Assembly: GCF_000150275.1 (NCBI RefSeq)
Contig: NW_002060950.1
Span: 3,264,198-3,328,197, forward strand
Source: Trichoplax adhaerens
Lineage: Eukaryota; Animalia; Placozoa
DNA: 64,000 nt
Direction of reading: 5' to 3'
This document shows positions 53,661-64,000 of this stretch, piece after piece. Below the pieces are notes generated by a model that was not told the origin of the DNA, searched no databases, and saw only the letters and a list, made by a program, of their open reading frames with translations. A program made the position numbers and the translations under genes. Each line of letters begins with the position of its first letter. The first letter of the stretch is position 1.

Positions 53661-56623
53661 TACTTTAAATTAACTGAAATTCCGCATTTTATTGATGCAT
53701 TCTATCTGATCTGGCAAGCATAATTGTGAGAGCAGAACTTAATTATTCCATGAATTACTTAAATAGAAATAAATTTGAATAGCCTGAAGGTAAATAACAT
53801 AACATGTGCAGAGATTATTTACTCAGCTCTTAAAATAAGATAATAAGCGTAGTAAGCGAATCGCGGCGAGCAGATAAGAAATATTGAATAACTGGATTTG
53901 TATCTTCTAATAATAATTAAGAAACTCATGATCCTACAATCGACATTTTTTGCATTGTAATACCGACAATACGAGAAGAAGTCGAAATATGAGCATTGTT
54001 GGAATGTTATGTTTGCATAATAATTAAAATTAAATGGATTACTAACAGTAATCCTAAATATGATTAAAGTTGAATACCGTATTCTATAACACGGAAGCCG
54101 TAATATATTATTAGCTTGGTATAAATTACTATAATTTATAGTAACTTAATGATATATTGCAAAGACTTCTATTCGTTGATTTAACTTGTAGAGCATTCTA
54201 TTACCTATAATTCAAGAAGTACAATTAACAATGGAGGAAAGTTATAAAACTGAATATATTTTCAATGCATAACAACGAATAATTCGATTAAGAATTGTAA
54301 AGGTAAATTCTTATCCTCTTTGATTACAATATGAACTCTAGTATCGTACATCAGCTGATATTATTTATTCGATGTTCGATACAGCAATTTCTTTTGAAAT
54401 ATATTTTAATTAGATTGTATATTCCTCATTGAATAACGTATTTTCCTACTAGCTTTTCCAATCATTCAACTAAGATATACTTTAAAATTAATTCACAGAG
54501 ATCTCCTCTAGTATGGATCCTTATCTTCAATTAAGCCACCTCATCCGATAAGCAATAATTTTCTTCCCTGTTTCATTACTATATTCGAAATTTTTAAATA
54601 CGCTATTACTCTAAAGCTGAGAATAATGTATTACTAAAATTTAAAAAATTTGTAGATCTATTCTTAATTTATAGTTGAAATAGTCTTTAATAACCAGAAA
54701 TTTCCCTATCTATTTTATTATTATAATCTAAATTCGTATACACGCTTCCAGTCTAAAGTAGAGAATACTATATTACTGGAACTAAAATTATTTGCGCCGC
54801 CACTATTAATTTAAAATTGAAATACTGCCTTATTAGAGTAAAGTAAAGAATCTTTAATAAAATAATCTACTATATTCAAATAGGTCTTTGCATGTGATCG
54901 TTTTCTCGTCCAAACTCAGCTTCATGAATTTCAAGCCTAAATGTTTAAAGCAATCAATTGCCCTACCTAGTTGAATATTTTAAGCAACTTCTTTGTTTCC
55001 GTATTTTGTGATTTGTAGAAAACATCATAATATCTGCTAATAAGAATTAAGAGAGAAAATCTGGTGTGATTTGTTTCACTACTTTAATTAAATCTCCTAC
55101 CGTAAAAGTCGCAAATCTTGAAGTGTCTTATTACCATAATCGAATTTAATAAAAATATTTACACTTTAGACTTCAAATGTTCTTTCCACAAAAGTAAAAT
55201 AAATACCTTGCAATTAAATAAACCTATTATAGATCAGCTTTAGATAAATGATCATAAGGAAATTTACAATTTCTCAAATTTTTAGCTAAAAAATTCAAGG
55301 TTATTACCGTAATCGCAACATAGCATTACGTACAAATTCCTTTTAGCATATCCATATACTTTTTCTTTCATATGTCTTATGATTTTTATTTAACTACGGA
55401 GTCTGCTTTAACTTGTTTCATTAATTTCAATTAAAGCATATATCCGCCTTGAAAACCACAAATTATGGTATTTTATTACCATATACAAATGAATCATAAT
55501 TACTTTTAATATAAAGTTAAAATACTCTATTACTAGAGTAAATACTTTGCAATAAAAACAATTTATTGTACTCCATATAGATTTAGAAAGATCTTTACTT
55601 GTAATAACTGCCTCACTTAAATGTCAGCTAATTATCAGCATATCTGAAATTCCGATATGAAAACCTTAAGAATGATAATTTAATTATCTACTAAACTTTT
55701 TAGACAGATATTTTGATTTTAGTCATTGCGTTTTATCATTTTCGTTGATTGAAGCCTATTTCAAATAGAATTAAGGCTAAACAGTTGATTTCAATTGTTT
55801 TCGCTAATTTCCAATTAAATCGTTTTTGCCTCGAAAATCAAACTTCTATGTTTTTCCGTATTCTTGTAATATTTATATGCGTATGCATTTATTAACATAT
55901 TCAAATTTCTTATAAATGGCTGCAATCAAATTTTAAGAACATTGTATTACTAGAATAGCGGAAATCTTAAATATTTAAAAATGTCTTTAATTTCTATTGT
56001 ACTACATAGTGAGCTTGCCCCAGAATGGGGTATTGAAACCTTTATTTTAAACTATTAATAACATTTAGCTTCAGATGATAAGTTCTGATGATAACGTAAT
56101 TATTTTTAAAACGGTAATGATTTACCATCCTTCTCAACAGATATATGCGTTTAGCAAACTTTAGAAAATGGTAATGACGATCAAGCTTCAAGACTATAAG
56201 TGCGTATTTCTTATTTATGACCTCGCCTGTGCAGAGAGAAATCAATTTGCCAATCTAACCACAACGCTTTACAACTTCTAGATAGGAATTTTACGTTTCA
56301 AAGAAAGTCTAATTCAATTATATGACATGAAATTACAAAGTTACATAACTTAACTTAACGCATGAAAAATGAGAAATGAAGAATAATGGGCAAAGGTTAA
56401 AATTATTTTAGTCTGCTGATACCTGATATAATTTATTCGAAGCAAATAACAAAAATATATAAGAGCATAATAATAACATGGTGCTGTCTGACATTAAGTA
56501 CAATAACAATTTTTTCCCCTTTATTTACCATGATTATCTTCGATGCGAAGTAAATTTTGTAAAGGGCATAATTAACAATTATTCAAATTTCTACATTATT
56601 TCTAATAAGCAATTAAGGAGTAC

Positions 56624-56673
56624 NNNNNNNNNNNNNNNNNNNNNNNNNNNNNNNNNNNNNNNNNNNNNNNNNN
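56624..56673. other. Assembly gap
   Basis: 50 N. Confidence 0.99.
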
Positions 56674-59234
56674 GGATAGATCTTTAGGTTCCATTAAAAA
56701 TGTCCTATAACTGAGGTGACCTAATTTCTCCTACCTACTCGATTTAACATCTTCTATTCGTAATTTACAGATTAGGGAAATAAAATTGCTATTTTTCTTC
56801 TTGATTTTCAGTACAATCAAAAAACAAAGTATATCTAATCAATATCGGGCAAATTAATTGGGCACATGATCAATAACATCAGAAGTTATGCCCAACGACA
56901 AACTTAGATTTTGAAAAACCCTTTTTAAGCTTTATGAATGAATCCATTATACTTTCATATATCGTTAATAAATTAAGATACCTTAAGTTTTACCAGAAAA
57001 TTATATTGAAATTACAGACTTAAAATTTTATGTTAACGCTCGTATCATTGTAAATAATAAATGTTTTTGTACTATACACAGCAATTAAATCAGATGGTAA
57101 ACATAATCGGAAATCATATTAACTTTATCCAAAAATACTTTATTTATCATGTTTTTGATCAAGGAAATAAGTTTCGAACTGTATAAGTATACCGTTTGCT
57201 TTTTTAATGACACTGAATAAGAAAGTAACAACTACTCTTGTGACTTACCGTATTATAATATTCTGATGAGAATATTACTATACCGAACAGTAAAAATAGA
57301 ATTACTACCCTAAGATGTGTAATCTTTCCATACTGTAACTTATATTAGGAAATGGCTAATAATCAGTTATTTAATCACATTAATTAAACTCAATTCTGTA
57401 AATATCCTAATATTGCAAATTCATCAGTTCAATAAATAGTTATACAATGAAGCATTTTCCTTAACAGTTTTAAATTAGTCATAGAATTTTGTAACCTAAT
57501 TATAAAATAATGATTCTGTAGCCTTATCCAACCCACTTAGAAGTTTAGCTTCCGGCTTCTGTGTTTTTTCGAGAAGCAATTATATGGTTAGAAAATAAAT
57601 GCTTGAGTATTCATATTTATAGTTATAACTTTTATCATCGCCATACCCTAATTAAATTATTGCGAAACGTATCAGTCGCTGAATAGAATTTAGTAACGGT
57701 TCTATCACTTTCCAAGACCCAACTGGCTACGCGTTAATTGCTTTTGGCTTCTAAGTAATCTTTAATTATAAAGTGTATCAGAATTTAAATCGGTAGTATT
57801 TCTGTAATCAAATATTCTATTAAATAAATGTATCTGTAGGACACTTTAAGACTAGAATAAAAATCATGTAACTTTTATATTAATATTTTCTATTCTATTA
57901 CATCAGTGCAAATGAAATTTCGTTAACATTTTTATTACCGAAACTAGGCAAGCATAACTTAAGATATTTCGAACTTAACTTTAGTAAATCTTAACTTAAG
58001 CGAATTATTTCCAGTTTGCAAGTATCTAGGGGGCTATCAGTAAGCCTTTACCCGAAGATTTACCTTTAATATGATATAGCTTTTAATGAGCTGTCGGTCC
58101 GCCATTTTTTCATGAAAATATTATCGCATTCGTTATTTGTAAAATGTCGCGTTTGGAAATGCATACTTTGGCCGGCCAAACCTTTATTTTTTATAAACTG
58201 TGCGAATAACGACAATGTAAGAACTATAACATTGTAACTCAATGCTATAGCTTTACTAGAGTGGCTCAAAAATTCATTATTAAATCTTTGTAGCTGATAA
58301 AAGACACAAGAATTTTCAAATTATAAAATTAATCAATGAGCTTTTCATTCATATTTTACGATGTCTTACATTCGAAGAATGATCGGTAAACATTTTTAAC
58401 GGCAATTTAAGGCAGCTCGTGTCATAGGTCGATGAAGTAGTGTTTTTTATGATTCTTTAATTACCCTAATAATTTATTTAGTAATCAAAATCCCCATCGA
58501 ATTCATTTGTGCTATGCCAATCACATCCGTAAGGGTAAATAAAATTTATCGATTAATTTTGTCTACGAAGCAAAGCATCATTATTTAATTATATATATTA
58601 TTACAAAAGGCAATTTGTTCAGTAAGCTAGTAATTTTTTATAAAGTAACTTATTCTTTATTAATTTGAAGTACTACCATTACTGAAGCGAGTGAAAGGAA
58701 TCATGCATTCTTTGAAATAAGGGTACGAACTCTTTAAAAACTTTGCTTATGTAACCATTATTAAACGGCATATTATTGTCAATCAAAATTAGTTTAAAAT
58801 CCTCATATATATTTCATCGCATAAACTCATCTTGTTTTAATAAACTTATTGATAGCTTCCTTAATTATTTTGCAATTAAAAATACGTAATCTGTTTAAAT
58901 ACATTCAATTTTAATCGCTTACTTATCTGCAAGTAGAAAAATATTATTAATCAACCTTGTCATACAAATAAATGCAAGTTTGTTTACTATCCTTAAATCA
59001 GGAACCAGATTGCGCTGAAGTGAGCACTTTGTCCAATCTTAAAGTTACATCTTCTATATGATTCAAACGAAAAAAATCCTTACAAGATTTACAACTTATT
59101 AACAACTAATAAGTAGAAGATATTTTATGGAAAACTAATCTTTCAATATACTAAATCTATTAGCAGTTAGCGAAGTTACATTCATAAGCCCAGCTTCAAT
59201 ATCAAAGAATCACTACTAATCACGTTTTTATGTC

Positions 59235-60302
59235 ATGAATAGTACCGTGTGTGCACCTAATAATTGCGATAACTTAATCAACTCCACAGATATTTTCCTA
59301 GCATCTGGAGTCGAATTTAGTGTATTAATAGGAAGCGCAGTCATAGCCATATTAGGAATTGTTCCTAATATTATCATTATTCATGGAATCTGCCGCAAGA
59401 AATCATTACAAAGGCCGACATTTTTCTTCATCGCCAACTTATCTGTTTGTGATATTTCGTCAAGTGTCTCCATGTTAGCAAATATAACTTTGATAATTTT
59501 AACGGTAAAAAGCAGCTTACAATTACTAACTCATATTATATTATGTAAAATTGCTATGTGCTTGTTTTACTGGTCTTATACCGCCTCAATACAAACTTTG
59601 ATTATCATTAGTTGCGAAAGATATCATGCTATATTCCAGCCTTTTAAGCCCTTGAGAGCAAAAAGAGCTAAATTATTGTGTCTATTAGCCTGGACTGTAT
59701 CATTTACTATTTCATCTCCATTCCTTATAACAGCCACTACTGATAATTCTAAACCTAAGAAATGTGTTCCATATACATCTGAAACTGCTTGGACAACTAT
59801 AATCAATACGATATTATTTGTTTTCCAATATGCTTTACCAGCGATTATAATGATCGTCCTATATTCGCTAATATTACACCAATTAAAGAAGAGAAATCAT
59901 GCAGTAAGAATAGAATCAAAAAAAAGCAAACAACTTAAGCGTAGGACTATCTGCATGCTGTTAACGACTACAATAATTTTCCTAATATTTACCGCGCCAT
60001 GGGCTCTATCTCTGGCTGTGCAAGCAATTACTAAAAATTATGCAGCTGGAGCAGTAAATCATTCAAGTCCTTTTCAACGCTATATTACTCAAGCAAGTAG
60101 GGTCCTCTACGCATTAACAACTCTATATAATCCGCTAATATACTGCATTTTCAACGAGCAAATAAGAGATTTATTTTTCTATCGTTGCCACGTATTGGCC
60201 AAATACAGTAATCAGAGTAACAACCGCATGGAATTATTATCACAAAACAAAAGCAAAACAACTAGGAGCTCTATCCAACAATATCCAGTTATTGCCCTAT
60301 GA
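59235..60302 (+). CDS. Intronless class A GPCR, orphan, 355 aa
   Basis: GIVPN, NLSVCD, LCK..WSYTASIQTLIIISCERY, FQYALP, FLIFTAPW, YNPLIYCIFN. Confidence 0.96.
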   Translation: MNSTVCAPNNCDNLINSTDIFLASGVEFSVLIGSAVIAILGIVPNIIIIHGICRKKSLQRPTFFFIANLSVCDISSSVSMLANITLIILTVKSSLQLLTHIILCKIAMCLFYWSYTASIQTLIIISCERYHAIFQPFKPLRAKRAKLLCLLAWTVSFTISSPFLITATTDNSKPKKCVPYTSETAWTTIINTILFVFQYALPAIIMIVLYSLILHQLKKRNHAVRIESKKSKQLKRRTICMLLTTTIIFLIFTAPWALSLAVQAITKNYAAGAVNHSSPFQRYITQASRVLYALTTLYNPLIYCIFNEQIRDLFFYRCHVLAKYSNQSNNRMELLSQNKSKTTRSSIQQYPVIAL

Positions 60303-60424
60303 CATAGAAATTGATTAATTGTCAAGCTAAATTTATTGTTGTATTGCATATGTTTCATTATCACTAATAGAAATATTAGTATTGCTTTCGCTTAAATTAT
60401 TAATCGAAATTGTTTATGAATCAT

Positions 60425-60826
60425 TGTTACAGTGTTACCTTATCGTAAGGATGGTTTTATAAGTACAGTAGTAGCTAGTATGGAGAATATCCATATTTGC
60501 AGTGCTAGGTAAGATAAGTAATGCCTTAAAGTGGATGTGGTTTGTAATAGTTCATTACATATTTGATATTGATTGTTATTGTGTGATAGATAGCAGTAAG
60601 ATTATTCAAGTTCTAGTTGATGATAGTTGAATTAGACAATCTACGAGCTTAGATTAAGATTAACTATGAGTAAGAGATTCAAAATATTTACTGATAGAAA
60701 AGCTATGTAAGGAACATCTTAGTTCGAGATGTTTCTCCTAGTAAGTTATAATAATAATGCTGTTGTTGTTTATAAATTAGACGGTTCCTATATAAACGGG
60801 AACATTTGAGTTGAGTGGTGTAGTAA
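60425..60826 (+). mobile_element. Family F LTR, runs into an assembly gap
   Basis: Starts TGTTACAGTGTTACC; identical to 63124-63525. Confidence 0.85.
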
Positions 60827-60876
60827 NNNNNNNNNNNNNNNNNNNNNNNNNNNNNNNNNNNNNNNNNNNNNNNNNN
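60827..60876. other. Assembly gap
   Basis: 50 N. Confidence 0.99.
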
Positions 60877-60902
60877 AATCGAAATTGATTGTTATGAATC
60901 AC

Positions 60903-61958
60903 TGTTACAGTGTTACCTTATTGCATGAATAGTTTAATAGAACCGTAGTAGCTAACATGGAAAATATCTATATTTATAGTACCAGAAAAGATGAGTAATA
61001 CCTTAACATGGATATTAATAGTAATATTTCATTACATATTTGATACTGATTGTCATTATGTATAGATAGTAGAGAGATGATTCTAGATTTAGCTAAAGAT
61101 AATTGAGATAGACAGTATACATGCTTAGATTAAGATAAAGTAAGAGTCGTAGATTACAAATATAGACCGATAGAAAAGCTATGTAAGGAACGTCTCTGTT
61201 CGAAATATCTTTACCAGTAAGGTATAGTAATAATACCGTTGATGTTGAAATGTTAGATAGTTCCTATATAAACTGGAAGATTTTAAGTTGAGTTGCGAAA
61301 ACTTATAGATCTGCATATACTAATTAAATTCCTATCTTTGTGGTACTTTGCTGTATGTTGTTACGGTATTACCTTACCATTAGGATATTTTAATAAGTGC
61401 AGTAGTAGCTAAAATGGGCAATATGCATATTTGCCGTGCTCGGTAAGATAAGTAAGGCCTTAACTAGGATATTATTTTTGATAGTTTATTAAATAGTTGA
61501 TATTGATTTTTATTAAGTGCAGATAGTACTATAGTAAGATAATTCAAGTTCTAGCTATTGATAGTTGAACTAGACAGCATACATGTTTAGATTAAGATTA
61601 AGTATTAGTAAGAGAATAAAAATATTTACTGATAGAAAAGCTATATAAGGAACATCGCAGTTCGAGATGTATCTCCTAGTAAGGTAAAGTAATGATACTG
61701 TTGTTATATACAAATTAAACGATTTCTATATAAACGGGAACGTTCGAATTGAGTTGTGTGGCGAGACGTCGTATACGTATCTATGCTAATAAAAGTTCTA
61801 TCTTTACCGTACTTCGCTGTAAGCATTTAACGTTTAGTAAAAGGGCCTTTCAGTCAGTAGTTACTTATAGACTTTTACAGGGAGTTTCCTTGTCGCAGAG
61901 TTGAAATTGTTACATATGTGTTAACGTTTAATAAAAGAGCGTTTAAGTTAGTAGTAAC
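60903..61958 (+). mobile_element. Family F host LTR split by a second family F LTR
   Basis: 60903-61358 and 61915-61958 join into one family F LTR, which is cut again at 61959 by an unrelated TG-starting segment. Confidence 0.82.
61359..61914 (+). mobile_element. Solo LTR family F (556 bp) nested in its own family, 5-bp TSD
   Basis: TGTTAC...GTTACA; perfect TSD TATGT (61354-61358, 61915-61919); CTATATAAA box. Confidence 0.9.
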
Positions 61959-62161
61959 TGTTAGCGGTAACGATAGCGTCTGTTTTTTGGTATGCTCCCA
62001 GTCAACTGAAGCGAGATCGTCAGCTAAGCTTCCACGTGAATATCTACCTTTATTCTGATTTCTCACCACCTTATAAACTGTACAATACAGTACCTTTACT
62101 GATCTAGTACGGAACAGAACTAGTGCCGTTAAGCTCTGATAAGGTTGCAATACAACCGATA

Positions 62162-62397
62162 TGTAGTAAAAGGACTAAAAGTAGAGTCCCTTGTAGTTTT
62201 TAGTATGTAATTAGTATTATTTTACTATAGAAAATACCTAGAAAGTGATAGTGTCTTTAAGTTTTACCCTGTCAAATCATCATGTCGCCATCTTTTCTTC
62301 TTCATTATTTTACAAGGTATTATATAGATTACTATAGAAGTAGCCCTATAGAGCAAATGCCTAATCTAAAGAAAGGGCGTTGATGTCTATCAAATGA
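62162..62397 (+). mobile_element. 5' end of a family C LTR, cut by a gap
   Basis: Highly similar to 42095-42330 (TGTAGTAAA(A)GGACTAAAAGTAGAGT...). Confidence 0.88.
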
Positions 62398-62447
62398 NNN
62401 NNNNNNNNNNNNNNNNNNNNNNNNNNNNNNNNNNNNNNNNNNNNNNN
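62398..62447. other. Assembly gap
   Basis: 50 N. Confidence 0.99.
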
Positions 62448-63001
62448 CTAAACCTAAGAAATGTATTCCATATGCATCTAAAACTGCTTGGACAACTACA
62501 ATCAATACGATATTATTTGTTTTCCAATATGCTTTACCAGCGATTATAATGATCGTCCTATATTCGCTAATATTACACCAATTGAAGAAGAGAAATGATG
62601 CTGTAAGAATAGAATCAAAAAAAAGCAAACAACTTAAGCGTAGGACTATCTACATGCTATTAACGACTACAATAATTTTCCTAATATTTACCGCGCCATG
62701 GGCTCTATCTCTGGCTGTGCAAGCAATTACTAAAAATTATGCAGCTGGAGCAGTAAATCATTCAAGTCCTTTTCAACGCTATATTACTCAAGCAAGTAGG
62801 GTCCTCTACGCATTAACAACTCTATATAATCCGCTAATATACTGCATTTTCAACGAGCAAATAAGAGATTTATTTTTCTATCGTTGCCACGTATTGGCCA
62901 AATACAGTAATCAGAGTAACAACCGCATGGAATTATTATCACAAAACAAAAGCAAAACAACTAGGAGCTCTATCCAACAATATCCAGTTATTGCCCTATG
63001 A
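62448..63001 (+). CDS. 3' half (ECL2 to C-terminus) of a near-duplicate or allele of the 59235 GPCR; 5' part hidden in the gap
   Basis: Matches 59749-60302 at offset 2699, with 9 substitutions in the first ~210 bp and none seen afterwards; reading frame open from the gap. Confidence 0.85.
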
Positions 63002-63123
63002 CATAGAAATTGATTAATTGTCAAGCTAAATTTATTGTTGTATTGCATATGTTTCATTATCACTAATAGAAATATTAGTATTGCTTTCGCTTAAATTATT
63101 AATCGAAATTGTTTATGAATCAT

Positions 63124-63989
63124 TGTTACAGTGTTACCTTATCGTAAGGATGGTTTTATAAGTACAGTAGTAGCTAGTATGGAGAATATCCATATTTGCA
63201 GTGCTAGGTAAGATAAGTAATGCCTTAAAGTGGATGTGGTTTGTAATAGTTCATTACATATTTGATATTGATTGTTATTGTGTGATAGATAGCAGTAAGA
63301 TTATTCAAGTTCTAGTTGATGATAGTTGAATTAGACAATCTACGAGCTTAGATTAAGATTAACTATGAGTAAGAGATTCAAAATATTTACTGATAGAAAA
63401 GCTATGTAAGGAACATCTTAGTTCGAGATGTTTCTCCTAGTAAGTTATAATAATAATGCTGTTGTTGTTTATAAATTAGACGGTTCCTATATAAACGGGA
63501 ACATTTGAGTTGAGTGGTGTAGTAAAAAAGTTGTAGATGTATCTTTGCTAGTAAAAGTTTCATCTTTACAGTCTTTTGCTGTTTGTGTTTAACATTAAGT
63601 AAAAGAGCGTTTAAGTCAGTAGCTACTTATAGACTTATACTGTACGTTACCTTGTCGCAGAAGTAAAATTGTGACAATTAGTAAGAGATTAAAAATATTT
63701 ACTGATAGAAAAGCTATGTAAGGAACATCTCAGTTCGAGATGTATCTCCTAGTAAGGTAAAGTAATGATACTGTTGTTATATATACAAATTAAACGATTT
63801 CTATATAAACGGGAACGTTCGAATTGAGTTGTGTGGTGAGACGTCGTATACGTATCTATGCTAATTAAAGTTCTATCTTTACCGTACTTCGCTGTAAGCA
63901 TTTAACGTTTGGTAAAAGGGCCTTTCAGTCAGTAGTTACTTATAGACTTTTACAGGGAGTTTCCTTGTCGCAGAGTTGAAATTGTTACA
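63124..63989 (+). mobile_element. Compound family F LTRs (full LTR 63124-63676 plus 3' half of another, 63677-63989)
   Basis: TGTTAC...GTGACA, then ATTAG and sequence nearly identical to 61604-61914, ending GTTACA-TATGT. Confidence 0.85.
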
Positions 63990-64000
63990 TATGTGTTAAC

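Noticed and set aside
23203-59806. Antisense or alternate-frame ORFs overlapping GPCRs (23203, 38101, 38524, 46789, 51683, 52192, 59624)
   Set aside because: Shadow ORFs of the hydrophobic coding strand; short, with no independent motifs.
4879-60302. Opsin identity or named neuropeptide-receptor gene symbols
   Set aside because: No Lys at 7.43 (Pro or Ala instead). Similarity to peptide receptors is generic, so no symbol is justified without phylogeny.
10746-62628. ORFs spanning N runs (10746, 10838, 56478, 62332)
   Set aside because: Artefacts of translating through assembly gaps.

Overview
AT-rich eukaryotic (animal) genomic DNA with four assembly gaps. The window holds a head-to-tail (+ strand) tandem array of intronless class A (rhodopsin-like) GPCR genes from one orphan family: six intact genes (4879, 11122, 22496, 38141, 51333, 59235), three pseudogenes (~1585, ~28620, 46439) and a partial near-duplicate after a gap (62448). 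The receptors keep N1.50, D2.50, ERY, P5.50 and NPxxY. They replace the CWxP toggle motif with x-[A/S/T]-x-P-W and mostly carry Arg7.39, Pro7.43 and an N-terminal Cx4C. The intergenic DNA holds many solo LTRs of several families (TG...CA ends, 4-5 bp target-site duplications) with no gag/pol. Several LTRs are nested in other LTRs, including in their own family, and one such nest forms a long inverted repeat where a GPCR pseudogene breaks off. The style (low GC, single-exon GPCR expansion) suggests an early-branching animal such as the placozoan Trichoplax, but that is inference, not a database match. Family letters A-F are my own labels, and residue numbers are Ballesteros-Weinstein positions counted by eye.
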